DNA from: Planctomycetota bacterium
Lineage (GTDB): Bacteria > Planctomycetota > UBA1135 > GCA-002748355
DNA: 64,000 nucleotides
Reading direction: 5' to 3'
Assembly: GCA_011321845.1 (NCBI GenBank)
Contig: DROQ01000081.1
Span: forward strand, 3,237-67,236
Positions 44,577 to 52,498 of this stretch are shown here, one piece after another (the stretch's first letter is position 1; each line of letters starts with the position of its first letter). A program made the position numbers and the translations under genes. The notes below the pieces were generated by a model. The model searched no databases, had not been told where the DNA came from, and was given only the letters and a program-made list of their open reading frames with translations.

Positions 44577-45701
44577 TCAGGCGCGGGAGCCTCCCCCTTG
44601 TTCCAGGCTTTGCTGGAAGCGGGCGAGGGTCTTGCGAGTCACGGTGCTGAGAGGAAGGGAGCCGTTCCGGGGGAACCATGCGAAGGGTTCTTGGACCGGG
44701 CCATGGAGCTGGAGGGGGTGGACGTGGACCGTGATCTTGTACCTTGTGATGGAGTGGTTGAAACTGCCCAGGGGCGGGCCTGCTTGGGCTCCCGCTCCCA
44801 GGTTCTCGCGGATGTATTCCTCGAGGCTCCGTTTTTGTGGGAGGGGGAGGCCGAGCCCGGGGAGCCCGATCTGGCCCTGGTTGACCTCGCCTTTGGGGAT
44901 GCGCCTTCCCAGGAAACAGGATCCGTGGAGGGCGAGGAGGAGGTGGGTCTCGACGGGGGTGGGCCTTGGCCTGGGAGGGAGGACGGGGAAGAGGGAGGAG
45001 GTCCCTTCCTGTCGGGCGCGGCAGGGAGATTGGAGGGGGCAGAGGTGACACTCGGGGTTTTTCGGGGAGCAGGGACCCGCACCGAGGTCCATCAGGGCCT
45101 GGTTGATGACGCGGGGGGAGCGATGCCGGAGCATGGCCAGGACGAAGGCTTCGATCCGTTGTCGCCCCGGTTTTTTCCTGGCTGGCTCTTCGAGGGCGAG
45201 GAGGCGGGCGATGACGCGCTCGGCGTTGCCGTCGATGGCGGGGAGGGGGAGGTCGAAGGCGAGGGAATAGACTGCCCCCTTGGTGTAGGGGCCGACCCCG
45301 GGAAGCTCGGCGAAGGCCTCGGGTTCCTCGGGGAGCCTCCCGCCGTGTCGCTCGACAAGGGTTCTGGCCGCTTCGCGGAGTTGTCGGACGCGGCGGTAGT
45401 AACCCAGGCCCTCCCAGGCTGCGAGCAGGCTGTCGTCATCCGAGGCTGCCAGCTCTCTCGGGCTTGGAAACCGGGCCAAAAACGCTTCCCAACGCTCCCG
45501 CACGACCGGCACACGTGTTTGTTGCAGCATGACTTCGCTGATCCAGATCCCGTAGGGATCCTGGATGCCCCGCCAGGGGAGGTCCCGGGCCCGCCGAGCG
45601 AACCATTCGGCCAGGAGCTTCGCGCAGGCCTCGGGGCAGGGTGGATCCGCGGTTTCTCCTGTTCTGTTCGGAATATTCCTCTCCTTCTTCATCTCCATCA
45701 T
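44577..45701 (-). CDS. mutY: A/G-specific adenine DNA glycosylase
   Basis: Start at the ATG pair 45701/45698. The HhH-GPD core has WISEVMLQQTRV and LPGVGPYTKGAV. The FeS loop is C-x6-C-x2-C-x5-C (CSPKNPECHLCPLQSPC). A C-terminal Nudix-like domain follows. The track ORF's first 176 aa are an Arg/Pro-rich shadow. Confidence 0.85.
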   Translation of the reverse strand: MMEMKKERNIPNRTGETADPPCPEACAKLLAEWFARRARDLPWRGIQDPYGIWISEVMLQQTRVPVVRERWEAFLARFPSPRELAASDDDSLLAAWEGLGYYRRVRQLREAARTLVERHGGRLPEEPEAFAELPGVGPYTKGAVYSLAFDLPLPAIDGNAERVIARLLALEEPARKKPGRQRIEAFVLAMLRHRSPRVINQALMDLGAGPCSPKNPECHLCPLQSPCRARQEGTSSLFPVLPPRPRPTPVETHLLLALHGSCFLGRRIPKGEVNQGQIGLPGLGLPLPQKRSLEEYIRENLGAGAQAGPPLGSFNHSITRYKITVHVHPLQLHGPVQEPFAWFPRNGSLPLSTVTRKTLARFQQSLEQGGGSRA

Positions 45702-45748
45702 CCGGGTTGAGGCTTTTCCAGGGGCCTGCCACCGGCTTAGATAACCCC

Positions 45749-47410
45749 ATGCGGATTGCGATCGCCCAGTTGAACCTGACCATAGGGGCCTTCGACGCCA
45801 TCTTCCACAAGATCGAAGCGGCGGCGGAGAAGGCCCAAGCCGGCGGAGCCTCCCTCCTCTGCCTGAGCGAGCTGGTGACCTGTGGCTACCCACCGAGGGA
45901 CCTTCTCCTTCGCACAGACTTTGTCCAGGCCAACCTGAAGCTGCTGGCCAGGGTCGCCGCCCTGAGCAGCGAGGACTTTGCCATCCTCCTCGGCTACGCG
46001 GAACCCCGTAAGCCGGGACCGGGCAAGGATCTCTACAACGCAGCGGCACTCTGTCTCGGTGGGTCGGCCATCCAAAGCACCCATAAATCCCTGCTCCCCA
46101 CCTACGACGTTTTTGACGAATCCCGTTATTTCGAGCCGGGGGAGGAGCCCGAACCCATGGAACTCTTTGGGCGAAAGCTCGGGGTGACTCTCTGCGAGGA
46201 CATCTGGAACGAGCCCGGCTTTGTTCCACAGGGCGGCTACGACAAGGATCCCGTCGAAGTATTGGTGCGAAAAGGAGCCGACCTCCTCATCAATCTCTCC
46301 GCCAGTCCCTTCCATCTGGGCAAACGGGCGGAGAGGCAAAGTCTGCTCAAGACTCAGTGCCTCAAACACCAGCTTCCCCTTGTCTATGCCAACCAGGTAG
46401 GAGCCAATGACGAACTCATCTTCGATGGTTGCTCCCTCGTCCTGAATGAGGAGGGAGAAGTGATGGCGAGGGCCCTCTCCTTTGAGGAGGACCTCCTCCT
46501 GGTGGACCTTCCCTCCCCCGGGAAAGCCATGGTTCCTCAGCGCATGGAGCCGATTTACGACCACCCACCGGCCGAAGCGGTCCATGCCCTTACCCTTGGC
46601 CTCCGGGACTATGTGGAAAAGTGTGGCTTCGAAAAGGTCCTTCTCGGTCTCAGCGGCGGGATCGACTCTGCATTGACCGCCGCGATCGCAGTCCGCGCCC
46701 TCTCCAAGGAGCAGGTCCTCGGCGTGGGGATGCCCGGCCCCTATTCCTCCCAGGGGAGCGTCGATGACGCCCGGGCCTTGGCCCGCCACCTCGGAATCGC
46801 CTTTGAGTTGCTCCCCATCGACGAGCCTTTTTCGGCCTTTCTCCAGACCCTTTCTCCCCTCTTCGCGGGGCTGGCCGAGGACGTCACCGAAGAGAACTTG
46901 CAGGCCAGGATTCGCGGAGTTCTGCTCATGGCCCTTTCCAACAAATTTGGGCATCTTCTCCTGACGACCGGGAACAAGAGCGAGACCTCGGTGGGATATT
47001 GCACCCTCTACGGGGATATGAATGGGGGCCTGGCCGTGATCTCCGATGTTCCCAAGACGCTGGTCTACGACTGCGCTCGCTGGCTCAACCGGGAGAGGGA
47101 GGTCATCCCCGAAGCCACCATTCAAAAACCTCCGAGTGCCGAGCTTCGTCCCGGGCAGACGGACCAGGACAGCCTCCCGCCCTACGATGTGCTGGATCCC
47201 ATCCTCGAGGCCTTTGTCGAAGAAGGGAAGAGCGCCAAGGAGATCGTGGACCGGGGATTTGATGAGGGGCTCGTTGCGCGAGTGATCGGGATGGTGACGC
47301 GGGCCGAATACAAGAGGCGACAGGCTGCTCCGGGTTTGCGGATTACATCCAAGGCTTTTGGGGTGGGGCGCCGCTATCCCATCGCCGCTTCGACGAAGTC
47401 GTTGTTGTAG
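45749..47410 (+). CDS. nadE: Glutamine-dependent NAD+ synthetase (CN-hydrolase + NAD synthetase domains)
   Basis: Start at ATG 45749 (MRIAIAQLN). A nitrilase-like N-domain (LSELVTCGYPP, CEDIW) and the ATP-PPase motif GLSGGIDS. Confidence 0.9.
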   Translation: MRIAIAQLNLTIGAFDAIFHKIEAAAEKAQAGGASLLCLSELVTCGYPPRDLLLRTDFVQANLKLLARVAALSSEDFAILLGYAEPRKPGPGKDLYNAAALCLGGSAIQSTHKSLLPTYDVFDESRYFEPGEEPEPMELFGRKLGVTLCEDIWNEPGFVPQGGYDKDPVEVLVRKGADLLINLSASPFHLGKRAERQSLLKTQCLKHQLPLVYANQVGANDELIFDGCSLVLNEEGEVMARALSFEEDLLLVDLPSPGKAMVPQRMEPIYDHPPAEAVHALTLGLRDYVEKCGFEKVLLGLSGGIDSALTAAIAVRALSKEQVLGVGMPGPYSSQGSVDDARALARHLGIAFELLPIDEPFSAFLQTLSPLFAGLAEDVTEENLQARIRGVLLMALSNKFGHLLLTTGNKSETSVGYCTLYGDMNGGLAVISDVPKTLVYDCARWLNREREVIPEATIQKPPSAELRPGQTDQDSLPPYDVLDPILEAFVEEGKSAKEIVDRGFDEGLVARVIGMVTRAEYKRRQAAPGLRITSKAFGVGRRYPIAASTKSLL

Positions 47411-47547
47411 GGAACGCCTCCAGGCGTTTCGTGTAGAAAACGTCTCCAGACGTTTTTTGTAGGAAACGCCTCTGGCGTTTCTTTGAAACACCTGGAGGCG
47501 TTCCCTACCGGTGTTTCCTACATGAAACGCCTGGAGGCGTTCCCTAC
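47407..47547. repeat. REP/BIME-like mosaic: 5.5 copies of a GTAG + GC-rich palindrome unit, 3 forward then 2.5 inverted
   Basis: Forward units: GTAG-GGAACGCCTCCAGGCGTTTC (47407), GTAG-AAAACGTCTCCAGACGTTTT (47433), GTAG-GAAACGCCTCTGGCGTTTC (47459). Inverted units: GAAACACCTGGAGGCGTTCC-CTAC (47485), half unit GGTGTTTC-CTAC (47510), GAAACGCCTGGAGGCGTTCC-CTAC (47524). The last full unit is the exact reverse complement of the first. Confidence 0.8.
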
Positions 47548-48080
47548 CGGGAATAGCCGAAGGGGGGTGGGGTGGAGTCGCCATCGGAGTCGCTGTTGGG
47601 CAGTGGGGCACCAAGCTCCTCGTCCTCACGGGCGAAGGGGCCCTCTTCTCCTTCCTCCTCCCGTTCCGCCTCCTCCCGTTCCGCCTCCTCCGGTTCCGCC
47701 TCCTCTTGGCTTGGCAGCGGCTGGATCTTCGAGTGGCTGGTTTCTCTTTCGAAACCCTCCTCGGTGTTCTCCTTCTCCGCTTCCGCCTCTTCTTCGCCCA
47801 GGCTCTCCTGCCGATCTTCTAGTTCCTCGTCGGGGACATCCAGGAGGTTGTAGTGAGCCTGGGTGAGTTGCCCCAGGTCCTTTTGGAGATCACTACGGAG
47901 ATCGCTTACTTCGTCGAGGCCGATGTCTTTTTTCAAATCCCGGAGACCCTTGCGGAATTCGATCAGGGTTTTCCCCACCGACTTGCCTACGTCGGGGAGC
48001 CTCCCTCCGAAGAGAAGGAGCCCCACGATGAGGATCACGATGAATTCAGGACCCCCTAGCATGTTGAAAATGGCGAGCAT
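47544..48080 (-). CDS. tatA: Twin-arginine translocase TatA/TatB-family protein with long acidic C-terminal extension
   Basis: N-terminus GGPEFIVILIVGLLLFGGRLPDVGKSVGKTLIEFRKGL (TM + hinge FGG + amphipathic helix). The remaining ~110 aa are Glu/Asp-rich with EAERE repeats. Either the first or the second Met could be the start. Confidence 0.75.
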   Translation of the reverse strand: MLAIFNMLGGPEFIVILIVGLLLFGGRLPDVGKSVGKTLIEFRKGLRDLKKDIGLDEVSDLRSDLQKDLGQLTQAHYNLLDVPDEELEDRQESLGEEEAEAEKENTEEGFERETSHSKIQPLPSQEEAEPEEAEREEAEREEEGEEGPFAREDEELGAPLPNSDSDGDSTPPPFGYSR

Positions 48081-48229
48081 TCTTGGATCTTCCGCCTTGT
48101 CCCCCGGACTGTCAATCCTGGGAACTTGGACTTCGCAACATCCTTGTCTGGATCTCGTTCGGATCTTCCGTCCCCTTTTGCAATGAAAAAGTGGGGGAAG
48201 GCAAAAGCCCGAAAGACTGTCCGGTCATG

Positions 48230-48262
48230 AAAAAGTGGGGGAAGGCCCAGGCCTTCCCCCAC
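48230..48262 (-). terminator. Intrinsic-terminator-like palindrome (minus-strand orientation)
   Basis: GTGGGGGAAGGCC (48235-48247) and GGCCTTCCCCCAC (48250-48262) form the arms. An A5 run at 48230-34 gives T5 after the hairpin on the minus strand. No annotated minus-strand gene ends here. Confidence 0.4.
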
Positions 48263-48789
48263 TGATTGTCACTCAATTTTCCCTCTCCTTGGAGGAGGGT
48301 CATGCTCGCTTGGGAGGTGGGCGCTCCGCTTGCGAATCGTGTTCTATCCGCGGGACCCACCTGGGGGCCTTGGGGCCCCCTTTCTCCCTCAAAATCCATG
48401 AACATTGGGTCAAAGTAAAAGCCTCCGTTTCGATCTACTTTCTGCCTTGTGGCCTCGCCACAGGAACCTCTTCGTCCGGGGGCCCCGGGGAGAGGATCCA
48501 CTGGCGGAGTTTTGTCCAGAACCTGCCCATGGGATGGAGGGAAAAAAAACTGGGTCCAGACTCAAGCCCCTCCCGAATGCAGATTCATGGGAGGGATCCA
48601 GGGGGACAGAGCCTCCTTTTTCTGGTGATTTTTCCTTGAAACTTCGGTCTCCCCCCTGTTTTCAGGCGACAATATCAGGGAGAATCCTTGGGTTCGTCTC
48701 TCCCTCGTTAGCTTTTTACTCGGTCTCTCTGGGCCTTTTGAAAGACCCGGGGGGATGCCTCCCATATTTCGCGTTCTCAGAGCGTCAGG

Positions 48790-51345
48790 ATGAATTTTCG
48801 ATCTACACCCATTTTTGTTGCCGCCTGCACCTTGCTTCTCTCGGTGTACTCCTGTGGAGGAGGGGGGGGAGCCCCCGCAGGGGCTTTGGGGATTGTTCGA
48901 GGCAAGCTGGTCCTCCAGACGGGAGTGCCTGGGAGTCCCACTCCTTCGCAATGGGAGCCTGGCACCAGGGAGGGAAGCTCCGGAGCGATGTCGGAAGAAG
49001 AGCCCAATGATCAGCTCTTCTCCGCCCAGGATCTCGGGAGGCAGCCTTTCCAGATGAAGGTCTCGGGGCGTGTCGGGGGGAGCGGAGATCCGAGGGATCT
49101 CTTTCGTTGGGGACCCTTGGATGCCAAGGGGCGGTTGGGACTCGGCCTCTCGGGGGCCCCGGGGCTCAGGCTGAGGGTCTACCGCTGGGAACAGGGAAGC
49201 GCCCAGCCAGAGGTCTTCGAGGGGGATGGGAGCCGGAGCGCCTCGCTTTCCTACTCGCCGGGACAGGAACTCTTGGTCGAGGTCCATGGGTTGGACCTGG
49301 GACAGGAGAGGGGCTATTCCCTCCAATTCAGGAAAGAGTCGGTGGAGACCCTCCTTCCGGGCTCCCAGTCCAACCCTGGACTCGTCCCCTTGAGCCACAA
49401 GGTGGGAATGGAACGGTTCCGGCTGGCCTTGGACCAGCAAAAGCCGGAACGTTTCCTCCCCGAACTGGTCGTGGAACTCTCCTCCCAAGAAGCCCTAAGG
49501 GAGCGGCAGCGCCGGGCTCTCAGGGCAATGGGCCTTTCGCTGGTCTCGGTGGGCGGCAACGTGGAACGTTGGCGGGATCCTTCCCTGGCGGCGTGGAAGG
49601 GGACTGGAGCCCTTGGACTCCATTCCTCCCTGGCGGTCGCCGATCTCTGCCGCAGGGCGCGAAGGACCCTGGGAGAGGGGGCCAAGGTCAGCCCGAACAT
49701 CCAGATTCCACTCCGCAGCCTCGCCTCGACCATGGGCCCCCCTCTGCTGCTTCAAGGAGCAGAGATGCCAGGATCCGGGGGGATCCTTTCGGGGAACGGT
49801 CCCAACGATCCTCTCTATTCCTCCTCGCAGTGGAACATGCCCTTGGCCGGTTTCCCCGCAGCCTGGGGCCTGACCCACGGAAGCCCCAGAGTCACGATCG
49901 CGGTTTTGGATACCGGGGTGATGATTCGTCATCCCGACCTTTCCCCCCGAGTGTCCAAGTGGAGTTTCGATTTCGTTTCGGACGCCTTTTCCGCAGGGGA
50001 TGGCGACGGAGTGGACCCCGACCCCTCGGAGCCTCCGAGTTTCGAAACCCTGAGTCTCTTCCATGGGACCTATGTCTCGGGGATCGCGGCGGCTCAGACG
50101 GACAATAAGCAGGGAGTGGCAGGGGGGACCTGGGTCGGCAAGCTCCTCGGCCTTCGCATCTTCGGAAAGAAGGGGAGCAACAGTTTCGATCGCGTCCAGG
50201 CCCTCCGTTACATCCTCGGAAAGACGAACAGCTCCGGCAAGATCCTTCCCAAGGACGAGCGGCCCCAGGTCGTCAACATGAGTTATATCGAGCTTTTCCC
50301 CACCCAGGTCGAAGTGGGTTTGATTCGGGAGATGGCCTGCCAAAACATCTTGATGGCCGCCGCCTTGGGGAACGAAGGGCAAAAACTGACGCAGCCCCAC
50401 TACCCCGCTTCCTGGCCGGAGGTGATCGGGGTGGTCGCGGTCGGCCCCGACGGAAAGCGGGCTCCCTACTCCAACATGGCGAGCTTCGCCGACCTCGCTG
50501 CTCCGGGGGGGCTCGAGATCTCCGGTCCCAAGGGGGTCGTCTCCACTTGGGCGGCGACGCGGCAAGGGAAGTTCCAATTCGGTTACAACTCTTTCCTGGG
50601 GACTTCGGTCGCGACCCCGCATGTGACCGCGGCCCTTGCCCTGCTCCGAAGCGTCTATCCGGCCATCACCAAGCAGAAGGCCTTGGACTTTTTGGCCCGA
50701 ACTGCGGTGGACAAGGGACCCAAGGGCAAGGACCAGGAATACGGCTATGGGCTGATCGACGTGGGAAAAGCCGTAGCCCTCGCCAAATCCAAATGGAGCG
50801 CGCCTCTCGCGGGGCTGGACCGGGCGGGGATCGACCTGGGCACGCAGGTGTCGACGACCAGCATGACTCTCCAGAATCGGGGAGGAGGTGTCCTTCAGCT
50901 GGACGCGATCCGCCCCATCGGGCAGCACAGTGGAGGGCTGCGCCTCTACGCTTCCTGTATCGTCGCCCCGGCGCCCATCACCATCGAAGTGGATCGGAGC
51001 AAGGTTCTTCCGGGTCGCTACAACGAGCGCTTCGAGTTGGACACGAATGGGGGAACGGTCGCAATCGACATTTCCTATTCCAAGGAGATTCCCGCGCCGA
51101 AGGGACCGCTCCTGGTGCGTGTTCTGGACGGAGACCGGGTCCTGGGGGAGACGACCGCAACTCGGGACGGGAGCTTCGAAATCCGTGGGTTGCCTTTGGG
51201 GAGCTTTCGGCTGGAGGCCGGGATCGACCAGAACAACAACGGGAAGCTCGGTGACAGCCAGGAGTGGTACCTCAACATTCCGATCCAGGTTCGCCAGGAT
51301 CCACCCCCTGGGCTCTCCGGGCTCAAGGTGCCCTGGAAACGCTAA
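48790..51345 (+). CDS. Lipoprotein subtilisin-like serine peptidase (S8) with N- and C-terminal extra domains
   Basis: Lipobox LLSVYS-C, then GGGGG. Catalytic triad blocks AVLDTGV (D), HGTYVSGIAAA (H) and GTSVATPHVTAALALL (S). A C-terminal CarboxypepD_reg-like segment (RVLDGDRVLGETTATRDGSFEIRGLPLGSF). Confidence 0.85.
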   Translation: MNFRSTPIFVAACTLLLSVYSCGGGGGAPAGALGIVRGKLVLQTGVPGSPTPSQWEPGTREGSSGAMSEEEPNDQLFSAQDLGRQPFQMKVSGRVGGSGDPRDLFRWGPLDAKGRLGLGLSGAPGLRLRVYRWEQGSAQPEVFEGDGSRSASLSYSPGQELLVEVHGLDLGQERGYSLQFRKESVETLLPGSQSNPGLVPLSHKVGMERFRLALDQQKPERFLPELVVELSSQEALRERQRRALRAMGLSLVSVGGNVERWRDPSLAAWKGTGALGLHSSLAVADLCRRARRTLGEGAKVSPNIQIPLRSLASTMGPPLLLQGAEMPGSGGILSGNGPNDPLYSSSQWNMPLAGFPAAWGLTHGSPRVTIAVLDTGVMIRHPDLSPRVSKWSFDFVSDAFSAGDGDGVDPDPSEPPSFETLSLFHGTYVSGIAAAQTDNKQGVAGGTWVGKLLGLRIFGKKGSNSFDRVQALRYILGKTNSSGKILPKDERPQVVNMSYIELFPTQVEVGLIREMACQNILMAAALGNEGQKLTQPHYPASWPEVIGVVAVGPDGKRAPYSNMASFADLAAPGGLEISGPKGVVSTWAATRQGKFQFGYNSFLGTSVATPHVTAALALLRSVYPAITKQKALDFLARTAVDKGPKGKDQEYGYGLIDVGKAVALAKSKWSAPLAGLDRAGIDLGTQVSTTSMTLQNRGGGVLQLDAIRPIGQHSGGLRLYASCIVAPAPITIEVDRSKVLPGRYNERFELDTNGGTVAIDISYSKEIPAPKGPLLVRVLDGDRVLGETTATRDGSFEIRGLPLGSFRLEAGIDQNNNGKLGDSQEWYLNIPIQVRQDPPPGLSGLKVPWKR

Positions 51346-51408
51346 ACAGCCTTTCGATCGGGATTTGGAACTGCAAGGGGATTCCGCCCGTTTCCGGGAT
51401 CCAGGCTC

Positions 51409-52200
51409 CTACGGGTCGACGAGTCTCCGGATCGCGAGGACCTGGCCTGGGTCCAGACATGCACCCTGGTCCAGTCGGATCCCCTGGGGCCCCAGGGACT
51501 CGAGCCTTCCGTGGATCCCCCCCTCCCCTGTTTCGACGACGACCTCTTCCCCCAGATAGCGGAAGCCTTGGGCGTAGGAATGGAGGACCCTGGACCAGTC
51601 TCCCTTCTCTGCCTCGCTCAGCATCCTCGCAAGCTCCAGGAGAAGAACCTCCAGGAGTTGGGGATAAGAGGTTTGCTCCAGCCCCTCGAGTCGAAGGCTG
51701 CTCGCGCGGCCCCGCAGCTCCTCGGGGAAGCTCCGACGACCCACGTTGCAGCCGATCCCGCACAGATAGGCTCCTGACCCGTCCCCTTCGATCAGGACTC
51801 CCGCGATTTTTTTCTCGTCCAGCAGGAGGTCGTTGGGCCATTTGATCCTCAGTTTCTGTCGGGGGACAGCCATGGTTCCGAGCGCCTCGTAGAGAGCGGC
51901 GGGGAGGAGAAAAGGGAGGAGGAGGGGGGGATATCGCCCGGCTGGGCGAAGCAGGACACTCAGGGCCAGGTCCTCCTCGGGCTCCTGGTTCCAACTCCGC
52001 CCGTGGCGGCCCCGCCCCCCCGTTTGGATCCCCGCACTCAAGGCAAGGTGCTCAGGCTCTCCCTGCTCCAAGGCTTCCCGCAGGCTGTCCTGGGTGGAGA
52101 CCACCCGGTCCAAATGCCAGAGTCGCCAGCCCTCGAAGGGCTCGAGCCGTGCCTGGATTCGGGCCAGGGATTCATCGCTCATTCTGCCGGGTCCTTCCAT
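51409..52200 (-). CDS. birA: Biotin--[acetyl-CoA-carboxylase] ligase (no N-terminal HTH, group I type)
   Basis: Start at ATG 52200 (alternative 52182). Biotin-binding motif TGGRGRHGRSW, a KWPNDLLL block, ~260 aa. Confidence 0.8.
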   Translation of the reverse strand: MEGPGRMSDESLARIQARLEPFEGWRLWHLDRVVSTQDSLREALEQGEPEHLALSAGIQTGGRGRHGRSWNQEPEEDLALSVLLRPAGRYPPLLLPFLLPAALYEALGTMAVPRQKLRIKWPNDLLLDEKKIAGVLIEGDGSGAYLCGIGCNVGRRSFPEELRGRASSLRLEGLEQTSYPQLLEVLLLELARMLSEAEKGDWSRVLHSYAQGFRYLGEEVVVETGEGGIHGRLESLGPQGIRLDQGACLDPGQVLAIRRLVDP

Positions 52201-52498
52201 TCCTCCAGCATGCCCCCTTCTCCGACTTGAGCAAATCACCACGACTGTCGGGTTTTTCGCCGATTTCCCCTCCAGTGCATGGGACTCCCTGCCGATAAGG
52301 GATCGAAGACCCCCGATAGGAAGGGCCGTTGCCCTCCCCCCGAAAAAAAACGTGAAGATCCCCCAAAAAAAGACTGAAGAAACCAAAGTTCCCGTCCTCC
52401 CCTCCTCCGAGGACGGCCTGCGGGACGATCTCCCCCTCCTTCATGGCTTTGGTTCCCCCATCTCCCAAACCCGCGATTGGCTCCGTAGGGGGACACCC

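Noticed and set aside
47407-47547. Possible small CRISPR array (regularly repeated ~24-nt units).
   Set aside because: The units are self-palindromic and abut each other without unique spacers. They occur in both orientations, and no cas genes are present. The pattern fits REP/BIME elements instead.
48400-48440. c-di-GMP (GEMM-I)-like riboswitch fragment AAAGCCTCCG upstream of the secreted peptidase.
   Set aside because: Only one short stretch resembles the consensus as I remember it. The paired GNRA-tetraloop/receptor hairpins and the ACGCAAAGC context are not evident. It needs an Infernal scan, and I do not claim it.
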